DNA of 64,000 nt, from positions 138,812 through 202,811 of the forward strand of contig DASXVN010000046.1 of the NCBI GenBank assembly GCA_036504235.1. Direction: 5' to 3'. The position numbers were made by a program, and so were the translations under genes. The number at the start of each line of letters is the position of its first letter. The first letter of the stretch is position 1. Below are positions 19,901 to 27,311 of the stretch, one piece after another. The notes beneath the pieces are model-generated. The model was not told the DNA's origin. It saw only the letters and a list, made by a program, of their open reading frames with translations, and did no database searches. This DNA comes from Armatimonadota bacterium. GTDB taxonomy: Bacteria > Armatimonadota > Zipacnadia > Zipacnadales > Zipacnadaceae.

Positions 19901-21544
19901 CAAATCGAGACCGGTGTGGTGCAGCCCGCGAAAATGGTACGCGCCGGCTGCGGCGGGGACGCCCTCGTCGTCCAGCCCGTCCCAGTCCGCCACCGTTTGT
20001 CCCTCGCCCACCTTGAGGCAATCAAGCAGCCGCCGCACCACTTGCCCCTGCGCGTTCTCGACCACCACGGTGTAGAAGCCGTCGCGGGGGGCCACGAAGG
20101 GCAAGGTGACCACGCCGCTAGGCTGCGCTAGTTTGGCGTTGATAATGAAAGGCAGGCGATTGCCGTCCAGGCCGCTCCAGAATAGGTCGAGGATCACCCG
20201 GAAGCTGTCGCCCGTCTGGAGTGGCGCCCCGGTCTGGGTGATCAGCGCCCAGGGGAAGAACAACTCCTCCGTGTACCCGCCGCCGGGAGTGGGCTGCAGG
20301 GCCAGCTGGGCCCCTTTCGCCAGTGCGTCAGGCACCTGGCCCTCGTTGAACTTCGCCCCGTAGGTGATGTGCATCGCCGGGGTCTGGGAGGCGGTGTGAT
20401 ACCACGTGTCGATCTGGCTCACCTTGTCGGTGCCGAGGCGGACCTGCAGGGCGTCGCCGCCGTCGTAACCGTGATCGACGGTACGCGGGTCATTCACGTT
20501 GAGCTGGGGCCCCCCGGTCTGCCAGCGCAGGCCCACGGCGAGTCCCTCGGCCGTATAGCCCCAGTGCACGGTGCAGGCGTAGCGCCCGGGGAAGGTGGTG
20601 GGCTCATAGGCGATGGTGGTGCCGGAGGCGGGGTCCCACTCGGTCAGCTTGCCGTCCAGAGTGAGTTTCGCCAGCGGCACCGCGACCATCTGGGTCACCC
20701 GGGTACGCTCGCTGCCCAGGTGCATCATGGGTGGATTGGCCGGGGCGGGCGTTCCAGCCGGGGCCAGAGTAACCAGCGCGCCGGCGGCCGGATCATAGGG
20801 CAGGTCCGCCAGCGAGAGATCGCGCCAGCCGTCCATCATCCCCCAGCCCATGTAGCCACCCCAGCGGCTACCCGAATAGCCCGTAGCGGCGACGTCGCGC
20901 ACCCACTGCTTGTACCCCGCGGCGGGGTCCAGCCCGCCAAAGCATAGCTCCACGCCCAGGCGTAAGGGAGCCCCGGGGGCGGGCGCGCCGCCCAGCGCGG
21001 CCCAGGGCAGGCGCACCTCCTGGGTATAGCTCGACTTACCCGTGAGGCGGTACCCCTGGGTCACGTCGGCCGGCGGTTTACCTTGGGCGAGGGGCGTGGC
21101 GCCGGCCGCGAGCAGAGCATGCGTGGCCGTGCCACCGGGAGTGCGCCAGAGGGCTACGTGGCGCACGGGCGTGCCGGGAACCGTCAGGATCAGACCGTCT
21201 CCCGGGGGGAGCAGCCCCGGGCTGGTCTGGGGGCCCAGGGGCGTGGGATCGCTCCACCAGACGGCCAGGTACAGAGCCTCGGCATCGTACTGGAGGGCGA
21301 GCTGGGCGTTGCAGTCATCAAAGGCGCCCTTGCCTTCCCCCGCGCTGCCCTGGTACAGGGACAGGAACTTGGCCTGCGTTTCGTCCCACTCTTGGAGGTT
21401 GCCATCCACGGTCACCGGCCCGCGCGTCGCGGTGATAGTGATCTCGCTGCCCACCGTGCGATTGCGCCCGCCCCCCGCCCCCGCGGGGGCGACCAGCGCA
21501 ACGCCGAGCAACACGATCAGAACCAGGGTGAGCCTGCGAGCCAT
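16955..21544 (-). CDS. giant secreted protein (1,529 aa) with CBM9-like modules and NHL-type beta-propeller repeats
   Basis: ATG 21544 is preceded by AAGGAGAC, and the signal peptide is 'MARRLTLVLIVLLGVALVAPAGA'. The 'VDGNLQEWDE' and 'LDGKLTEWD' motifs are CBM9-like. 'GALYVADWGAAQCVKVF' and 'KLWVAEDDNYPRRVSVWE' are NHL-like repeats. 'DLNGDGLVQADE' is Ca-binding-like. Confidence 0.7.
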   Translation of the reverse strand: MARRLTLVLIVLLGVALVAPAGAGGGRNRTVGSEITITATRGPVTVDGNLQEWDETQAKFLSLYQGSAGEGKGAFDDCNAQLALQYDAEALYLAVWWSDPTPLGPQTSPGLLPPGDGLILTVPGTPVRHVALWRTPGGTATHALLAAGATPLAQGKPPADVTQGYRLTGKSSYTQEVRLPWAALGGAPAPGAPLRLGVELCFGGLDPAAGYKQWVRDVAATGYSGSRWGGYMGWGMMDGWRDLSLADLPYDPAAGALVTLAPAGTPAPANPPMMHLGSERTRVTQMVAVPLAKLTLDGKLTEWDPASGTTIAYEPTTFPGRYACTVHWGYTAEGLAVGLRWQTGGPQLNVNDPRTVDHGYDGGDALQVRLGTDKVSQIDTWYHTASQTPAMHITYGAKFNEGQVPDALAKGAQLALQPTPGGGYTEELFFPWALITQTGAPLQTGDSFRVILDLFWSGLDGNRLPFIINAKLAQPSGVVTLPFVAPRDGFYTVVVENAQGQVVRRLLDCLKVGEGQTVADWDGLDDEGVPAAAGAYHFRGLHHTGLDLKYLMTLANPGTPPWQNEDGTGEWGGDHGPPQTVAADDWGVYLGWPSAEDGNGFIGCDFTGKKRWGFFQTPAAGAAGGTGLLASDGQFLYFANELVRQPQKDEKGLAYFTTVISCLDRTTGQRRGFSLSKPYQEITKHDTSQVAVNWTWHLWQRKNYSWDTYALHDDYFFSGHCAGGNLAGLAARGGKLYVSLRVENVIAVYNSADMAPLARWPLPVPAGLAWGPQGELYAASGASVVRVDLATGAYTPVVKVGLEAPVALAVAADGALYVADWGAAQCVKVFEAGKLARTVGLPGGRPWVGAYNPNGMLLPRGLAIDQEGKLWVAEDDNYPRRVSVWEARTGKFLKEFLGGTPYGGVAGGLIDPHDPSRALAFGMLYAVDLTKEGYRPLATMWRRTAKEAYFGLGLSQASNAPATKYVDGPGDRRYLATSVDQAVVIGQLLPDGAWRPCAAVGSVFNRRDNPQVLKESELLWRHEPHPAALDGHGGDNYIWTDLNGDGLVQADEMQWRKQTPDFPLLGAYWGPGGVDKDFNVILGGDAIVRFPLQGWATDGTPRYDINQATVVVAKPTPMRAMTVTPAGVALGLTPGEASRWQKEPPVLAAYAPDGHPLWQYRTTVDYRPMGSLTGEAFLGPVAVKGGEAGEVFGLTQWHGCYVPFLTVDGLYIGRVLRDPAEGGAPGPDMYRGETIQYLNRLDDGRVILAHGKNAHHFLQVTGLDTVQRFAGAITLTPAQATLAAARLQAAQEAQTQTAPIRLTRRNATPPVTPDGKLDEWDWSTAASIGPRPGQPRAEVALSLQDNLLCVAFKVFKGRPFLNTGQDPTQLFLTGDAADLQFALDPVADPQRTAPVIGDTRLLFSKLGDQPVAMLYRAQVPFAPQPVSFSSPARTVTFDEVTRLRDAQVAIVDTAEGYVVEATIPVKALTTSLFWPGRVLQGDAGIIVADATGRRVARLYRFNQQTQVVSDVPTEAALTPALWGELEVDK

Positions 21545-21816
21545 GTAGGTCTCCTTCGGTGGAGCAGGTGTATTGTCAATGCAAGTCGGGCCGCAACTGC
21601 TTCGTTGCATTATTTCCCGCTCGGTTCAGTTGTGCAAGGTCGCCAGTGTAAGGTCAGGGACGGAGGGAGGATCTTGTGGTTAGTTCCCGAGGCCTCGTCC
21701 CGGCACCTGCCCGCGCCCTCATTTTGTGTTACTCCGAGGGGCAGGTAAACCGCGGCCGATGACGAAACGACACTGGTTTGCGCAAGGTGATCCGGGAAGA
21801 AAGGTGAGCGCGTCTT

Positions 21817-22926
21817 ATGGCACTTAGGGTCGGCGTGGTCGGGATGGGCGGAATCGGGAACAATCATGCCAACTGCCACCAGCTTGATCCCCTGGCGGAG
21901 TTGGTCGCGGTCTGCGATGTGGTGAAAGAGAAGGCGGACGCCGCCGCGGAGCAGCACGGCGTCAAGGCGTACTATAGCCTCGGCGAGATGCTGGCGAACG
22001 AGGACCTGGACCTCGTGGACGTGACGACCGGCGGCTACGAGAACGGTAGCTGGCATTTCGAGCCGACCCTGGAGGCGCTCGCCGCGGGCAAGCACGTCCT
22101 GTGCGAGAAGCCGCTGTCCAACACGATCGAGGAAGCCCGGGAGATGGTGCGCGTCGCCGCGGAGCAGCGGCTCTACCTGGGCTGCAATCTGAACCACTAC
22201 TTCACCCCCACCGCCGACCGCGCGCGGCAGTATATGGACGAGGGCATGGTGGGTGAGACCCTCTATGTGCTGTTCAAGATGGGTTTCAACGGCGGGGAAG
22301 AGACCTACAGCCCGAACAAGACACCGCGCTTCAACCAGCCCTACGCGCACATGAAGGCCTTCCTCACTCATCCCTTCAGCGTGATGCGCTACTTCTGCGG
22401 CGACATCACCCACGTGCAGACCTTCGCCACCAAGCCGGGCTTTCGCAAGAACCAGCGCGATCTGCTCCTGTCCGTGAACAGCATTCACGTCAAGTTTGCG
22501 GACGACACCGTGGGGTACCTGCTCAGCCATCGCGGAGACGCGGTCTGGGGGCTGGGCGGCTGGTGGAGCGTCGAGGTGGCGGGCAGCAAGGGCACCTTCT
22601 GCATCGAGAACTGCATCGAGAAGCTGACCTACTGGCCCGTGCCGAAGCCCGGCGAGAGCCTGGGGATCGGCGAGGAAGCCGGGCCGCAGGTGCTGGACAC
22701 TGGCATCAAGGATTTCGGCCAGACTTTCCCGAATCGCATCCATGCCTTCCTGGAGGATGTGACCAACGGCGTCCCCCTCGAGCATCTGCGCGCCTCGGGC
22801 CGCGATGCGCTGGCGACGATGGAGTACATCTTCGCCGCGATCGACTCGTACGAACAGGGCGGCCAACTGGTGCGCCCGCACGCTCTGCCGCCCCTGCACG
22901 GCGATCCGCGCGTGGAGAAGATCTAG
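21817..22926 (+). CDS. Gfo/Idh/MocA family NAD(P)-dependent oxidoreductase
   Basis: N-terminal Rossmann 'MALRVGVVGMGGIGNNHA', 'HVLCEKPL', and a C-terminal dimerisation domain. Close paralog of 26191..27216. Confidence 0.85.
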   Translation: MALRVGVVGMGGIGNNHANCHQLDPLAELVAVCDVVKEKADAAAEQHGVKAYYSLGEMLANEDLDLVDVTTGGYENGSWHFEPTLEALAAGKHVLCEKPLSNTIEEAREMVRVAAEQRLYLGCNLNHYFTPTADRARQYMDEGMVGETLYVLFKMGFNGGEETYSPNKTPRFNQPYAHMKAFLTHPFSVMRYFCGDITHVQTFATKPGFRKNQRDLLLSVNSIHVKFADDTVGYLLSHRGDAVWGLGGWWSVEVAGSKGTFCIENCIEKLTYWPVPKPGESLGIGEEAGPQVLDTGIKDFGQTFPNRIHAFLEDVTNGVPLEHLRASGRDALATMEYIFAAIDSYEQGGQLVRPHALPPLHGDPRVEKI

Positions 22927-22943
22927 GAAGAGGGAGAGCAACC

Positions 22944-23744
22944 ATGATCAAGTTAGGCGTCAATTCCGTGCTGTTCGGGGCCTTTGACTTCGCCACGGCG
23001 GCTAAGTGCATCGCCAGGGCGGGTTACGACGGGGTGGAAATCTCGGCGATCAAGGGCATGTGCGAGCATTTGGAGCTGGAGCGGTGGTGGGATCAAGCCG
23101 CCACGCTGACCAGCATCGTGCAGGACAACGGCTTGGAGTGGCTGTCCATGGAGGTCGCCGGACTCGATGAGGAGCGGCTCATGCTGGCCTTCTCGGCGGG
23201 AGCGGAGCTGGGAATTCCCGTCATCAACGTCGGACCCGGCGGCAAGAGCGACGTGGAGGAGGACTTCCAGCGCCAGACCGACCTGCTGCAGGAGATGGCG
23301 GAAAAGGCCGCCAACTACGGCGTGACGCTTTGCTGCAAGGCCCATGTGGGCGGGTGCATCTACAACACGCCGACTACCCTGCGGGCGATGGAGAAGGTCA
23401 CCTCGCCGGGCTTTGGCGTGGACATGGACCCCAGCCACATCTACCGGGCCGGGGAAGACCCGGCGCAGGCGTTGGGGGCGGTGGTGCGTCGCGTGAAGCA
23501 TATCCACATCCGCGACTGCCGGGGCGCCGGCCCCTCGCCCGGCGCGGCGCGCGATCAGGCCTGTGGGCGCGGGGATATTGATCTGTGGGCTTACTGCCGC
23601 GCGCTGACGACCGGAGGGTATAGCGGGCCGGTCTGCCTGGAGGTCATCGGCGCGGGCGAGTTGGAGTTGGCTGAGGTCGTCACGATCGCAGCGGAGAGCT
23701 ATGGATACCTGAACGCCTGCCTGAAAGGGCTGGGGGCAAGGTAG
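22944..23744 (+). CDS. sugar phosphate isomerase/epimerase (xylose isomerase-like TIM barrel)
   Basis: ATG 22944 follows GAAGAGGGAGAG. 'MIKLGVNSVLFGAFDF..' and 'VKHIHIRDCRG' are typical of the AP-endonuclease-2 / xylose-isomerase-like TIM barrel. The 22563 ORF-track start is an upstream extension overlapping the previous gene. Confidence 0.8.
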   Translation: MIKLGVNSVLFGAFDFATAAKCIARAGYDGVEISAIKGMCEHLELERWWDQAATLTSIVQDNGLEWLSMEVAGLDEERLMLAFSAGAELGIPVINVGPGGKSDVEEDFQRQTDLLQEMAEKAANYGVTLCCKAHVGGCIYNTPTTLRAMEKVTSPGFGVDMDPSHIYRAGEDPAQALGAVVRRVKHIHIRDCRGAGPSPGAARDQACGRGDIDLWAYCRALTTGGYSGPVCLEVIGAGELELAEVVTIAAESYGYLNACLKGLGAR

Positions 23745-23770
23745 GTACTCGCAATAAGGAGATCACACCA

Positions 23771-25177
23771 ATGGCCCGGAAACCCAATCTGATCCTGTTT
23801 GGCATTGACAGCTTGCGGCCGGATCGCATGAGCTTGTATGGCTACGACCGGCTGACCACGCCGCATATCGACAAGTTCGCGGCGGGCGGGTGCGTGTTTG
23901 AGCAGGCCTTCAGTCCCAGCATTCCGACCACGCCGGGGTATTCGGCGATGTTCACGGGGCGGGACGTGTTCGGTACCGACGTGGTAGCGCTGCGCCATGA
24001 GGGGCCGCTGGGCAGTCACGTCACGACGCTGGCCGAGGTGCTCGGCGGCGAGGGCTACGCCACGACCTGCGTGGGCTTCAGCGGCAACCCCGCTTCCCGG
24101 GGCTTCCAGAAGTACGTGGACTTTTCCGGCTGGGGCTCGTGGGAAGAGGGACGCAGCCCCAAGGCGGAGAACCTCAACGAGGTCGCGATTCCCGAACTGC
24201 AGCGCCTGGCCGGGGGCCAGGACCCCTTCTTCCTGTTCCTGCGCCACATGGACCCGCATTCGCCCTACTTGCCGCCGCGGCCTTTCGAGCGGCTTTTCTA
24301 CGGCGGTGACGAGGGCGACCGGACCAACCACTCGCTGGAGCCGGTGTGGGCTTTCAAGCCCTTCTGCGACTACTTCGCGAGCTGGTTCCCGCCGGGCGTG
24401 AAGGACGTGGAGTACATCCTGGCGCAGTACGACGGGGCGCTGGCCTACATGGATGCCTGCATCGCCAACGTCCTGGCGACGATCGCGGCCCTGGGGATCG
24501 AGGAGGAGACGCTGATCGTCTTCAACTCGGACCATGGGGAGACGCTGTTTGACCACGACTGCTACTTCGACCACCACGGGCTTTACGACGTGACCATCCG
24601 CATCCCGCTGGTCTTCCGCTATCCGGGGAAGGTCCCGGCCGGACAGCGGATCGGCGATTTCGTGCACATGAAGGATATCATGCCGACGCTGCTGGACCTG
24701 ATGGGCGTCAAGACCAAGCTCAACTTTGACGGACGCAGCCTGCGCCCGCTGCTGCAGGGGCGGCCGCGTCCGCAGGAGCCGGAGATGTACCTGACGGAAG
24801 CGACCTGGATGCGCAAGCACGGCTGGCGCACGCCCGAATGGAAGCTGATCCACGCGTTGGAGCCGGACTTCCACTTCAAGCCGGAGGTGGAGCTGTACAA
24901 TCTCCTCACCGATCCCGGCGAGAACCACAACGTGGCGGCGCAGGAGCCGGAGGTCGTGGCGTGGCTGGAAAACCGCATGAACGCGCACATCGCCAAGCGC
25001 GAAGGGGAGACCGGGCGGCGCAACCCGGCTTTCACCAACCTGAACTGGTCCGGACACGGTCGGCCGTTCGCCAGCAGCCAGGAGGCCTACGACACGCTGC
25101 ATATCGGCTCGCCGCGCGCGGCCGAGGGCCTGCAGAAGAAGGAACTGCAAACGCAGCGGGGGGCGAAGGTCCTCTAG
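23771..25177 (+). CDS. sulfatase-like alkaline-phosphatase-superfamily enzyme lacking the C/S-x-P-x-R formylglycine motif (Thr at the nucleophile position)
   Basis: 'NLILFGIDSLRPDRMSLYGYDRLTTPHIDKFAAGGCVFEQAFSPSIPTTPGYSAMFTGRD' aligns to the sulfatase N-terminus, but CxPxR is replaced by T-T-P-G-Y. No signal peptide, so cytoplasmic. Confidence 0.8.
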   Translation: MARKPNLILFGIDSLRPDRMSLYGYDRLTTPHIDKFAAGGCVFEQAFSPSIPTTPGYSAMFTGRDVFGTDVVALRHEGPLGSHVTTLAEVLGGEGYATTCVGFSGNPASRGFQKYVDFSGWGSWEEGRSPKAENLNEVAIPELQRLAGGQDPFFLFLRHMDPHSPYLPPRPFERLFYGGDEGDRTNHSLEPVWAFKPFCDYFASWFPPGVKDVEYILAQYDGALAYMDACIANVLATIAALGIEEETLIVFNSDHGETLFDHDCYFDHHGLYDVTIRIPLVFRYPGKVPAGQRIGDFVHMKDIMPTLLDLMGVKTKLNFDGRSLRPLLQGRPRPQEPEMYLTEATWMRKHGWRTPEWKLIHALEPDFHFKPEVELYNLLTDPGENHNVAAQEPEVVAWLENRMNAHIAKREGETGRRNPAFTNLNWSGHGRPFASSQEAYDTLHIGSPRAAEGLQKKELQTQRGAKVL

Positions 25178-25195
25178 CCCGGGAAGGTGGTTGAC

Positions 25196-25399
25196 ATGCC
25201 CATTCTCTTGATCGCTGAGCTGGTCTCCGGTCTGGCCGCTTTGATAGTCACGGCGATGGCCTTCACCAATCTTTCCGCGGGCGAGGGGCTCCCCTCCCAG
25301 ACGATGCAGCGGGCCTCGATGACCACCGCGAGGCGGCAGTTCTGGGTGGCGGGGGGGCTGTGGACGGTCTGCGTCATATGTTATCTGGGTCTGCGCTAA
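25196..25399 (+). CDS. small hypothetical membrane protein (67 aa)
   Basis: ATG 25196 follows GAAGGTGG. Two hydrophobic helices ('ILLIAELVSGLAALIVTAMAF', 'FWVAGGLWTVCVICYLGL'). Could be spurious. Confidence 0.25.
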   Translation: MPILLIAELVSGLAALIVTAMAFTNLSAGEGLPSQTMQRASMTTARRQFWVAGGLWTVCVICYLGLR

Positions 25400-25451
25400 C
25401 CGGCGGCCATTCGACCGCTGTTTCGCAATTTTTCAGGAGGTTTTGGTTCGG

Positions 25452-26186
25452 ATGATGATCACAGTTATCGGCAGAGGCCACTCGGGGACGCGACTTATGT
25501 CCAACGTCCTGTCGGCGAGTGGCGTATATATGGGGGCGGAATTGAACCCCTCGGGCGACTTGGTGCCGCCTGACGACCTTTACGAGGCGTGCCGGGTAAT
25601 GGCGCGCCATGTGGTGCACCTGGGCGGGCTGAAGTGGGATTTCTCGGCGCTGCACACCATGCCGATTGACCCCGAGTGGACGCGGCTCGTGGAGTCCTAT
25701 CTCGCCTCGGTGCTGGCCAGCGACGCCCCCTTGGTGGGCTGGAAGCTGCCCGAGACGGTGCTGATCTACCCGTGGATCGTGCGCATGTTCCCCAAGGCGT
25801 ATTACCTCCACTGGGTGCGCGACCCGCGCGACTCGATCATGGGGGGCCACGTAACGGACGACCTGGCCGATTTCGGCGTGGCGTATGAGCCGACCGACGA
25901 CCTGATTCGCAAGCGCGCCATCAGTTGGTACTACCAGCGCGAGATCGTCCGGGCCACCCCGGCGTGGACGCACCGCCGGCTGGTCAGGTACGAGGACTTC
26001 CTCGAGAATCAACAGCGCGAGTTGAACCGGCTGCGCCGCTTCCTGGGCTTCCGGCTGGAGCCGGTGCCGGTGCGGCCCGGTCCCCTGTACAAGTGGAAGG
26101 ACGACGACGGCTCGCACTATTTCGACTTCTTCGCCGAGGACCTCGCGGAGCTGGGCTACGAGCCCAACCCCACGCCGGGCAGGTGA
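25452..26186 (+). CDS. sulfotransferase family protein
   Basis: ATG 25452 is 11 nt after CAGGAGG (the track start 25443 is TTG). 'VIGRGHSGTRLM' is a 5'-PSB-like P-loop. 'WVRDPRDSI' is 3'-PB-like. No signal peptide. Confidence 0.65.
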   Translation: MMITVIGRGHSGTRLMSNVLSASGVYMGAELNPSGDLVPPDDLYEACRVMARHVVHLGGLKWDFSALHTMPIDPEWTRLVESYLASVLASDAPLVGWKLPETVLIYPWIVRMFPKAYYLHWVRDPRDSIMGGHVTDDLADFGVAYEPTDDLIRKRAISWYYQREIVRATPAWTHRRLVRYEDFLENQQRELNRLRRFLGFRLEPVPVRPGPLYKWKDDDGSHYFDFFAEDLAELGYEPNPTPGR

Positions 26187-26190
26187 TACC

Positions 26191-27216
26191 ATGTTGCGCG
26201 TTTGCGTGATCGGCCTGGGGCCGATTGGGAATCTGCACGCCAATCTCTACGCGGCCGACGAGCTGGCCGCTTTGGTGGGGGTCTGCGACGTGCGCGAGGA
26301 CCGCGCCCGCGCCGCCGGGGAGCGGCTGGGCGTGCCCTGGTTCACCAGCGCGGAGACGCTGCTGGCGGAGTTGGCGCCGGACGTGGTCAGCGTCGCCACC
26401 GGCGGCTACGAGTATAGCAGCGACCACTTTGAGCCGACGATCCAGGCGCTGGAGGCCGGCTGCCACGTGCTGTGCGAGAAGCCGATCTGCAACGAGATCG
26501 CCCCAGCCGCCGAGATGGCGCGCGTGGCGCGCGAGCGGCGGCGCTGCTTCGCCGTGGACTTCAACCACCGCTTCACGCCCGCAGCGCGCCTCGCCAAGCG
26601 TTGGCTGGACGAGGGGCGTCTGGGCAGCTTGCTGTTCGTGAACATGGCGCTGTGGATCGGTCGGCCGGAGGATTTCGACTCGCCCTATTTCCACCTCAAG
26701 GCCCTCAACCCCCACTCGGTGGACATGATCCGCCACTTCTGCGGCGATATCACGGAGGTGCAGTGCTTCGCCCTGAAAGCGCCGGGCCGCGCCACGCTGT
26801 GGTCCACCGCCTCCTGGAACTTCCGGCTGGCCAACGGCATGGTCGGGCACCTGCTGAGCAGTTATGACATCGCGCGCGGACACCCGATGGAGCGCTGCGA
26901 GGTCGCCGGCGTAGAGGGGCGGTTCGTGCTGGAGGACATGTGGCGCGAGGCGACGCTCTACCCGGCGGGCGAGCCGGTCAAGTCCGTCTACACCAACCCC
27001 GTCTTCGGCGGGTACGGCGGTTTCGACGACACCTTCCGCGAGCGGATCCACTGCTTCCTGGCGCAGGTGGCTGCCGGCGTTTCGCCGGAGGAGATAGACG
27101 GCTCCGGAGCCGACGGTTTGGCCGCCCAGCGGGTGATCCAGGCGGGCATTGAGTCCCTGGAGAGCGGAAGCATCGTCGCGGTGGCGCGCGGCGGGGACGA
27201 GTCCGCCGCAGATTGA
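26191..27216 (+). CDS. Gfo/Idh/MocA family oxidoreductase (paralog of 21817..22926)
   Basis: 'MLRVCVIGLGPIGNLHA'. Shares the unusual 'TGGYEYSSDHFEPTIQALEAGCHVLCEKP' segment with the first copy. Confidence 0.85.
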   Translation: MLRVCVIGLGPIGNLHANLYAADELAALVGVCDVREDRARAAGERLGVPWFTSAETLLAELAPDVVSVATGGYEYSSDHFEPTIQALEAGCHVLCEKPICNEIAPAAEMARVARERRRCFAVDFNHRFTPAARLAKRWLDEGRLGSLLFVNMALWIGRPEDFDSPYFHLKALNPHSVDMIRHFCGDITEVQCFALKAPGRATLWSTASWNFRLANGMVGHLLSSYDIARGHPMERCEVAGVEGRFVLEDMWREATLYPAGEPVKSVYTNPVFGGYGGFDDTFRERIHCFLAQVAAGVSPEEIDGSGADGLAAQRVIQAGIESLESGSIVAVARGGDESAAD

Positions 27217-27311
27217 CAGCAAACGCAAGCGCAGGCTATAGTCCCAAATCCCACTAACCGGCGGTTGCCCCGGTGCAGTTGCCCGGCTCTAGCCCTCTCG
27301 GAGGAAGACCC

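Noticed and set aside
21610-22941. 443-aa minus-strand ORF
   Set aside because: Antisense to a Gfo/Idh/MocA oxidoreductase with clear Rossmann motifs.
23699-27228. Minus-strand ORFs 23699..25150, 25374..26243 and 25984..27228
   Set aside because: Antisense to the sulfatase-like, sulfotransferase and oxidoreductase genes, with no independent support.
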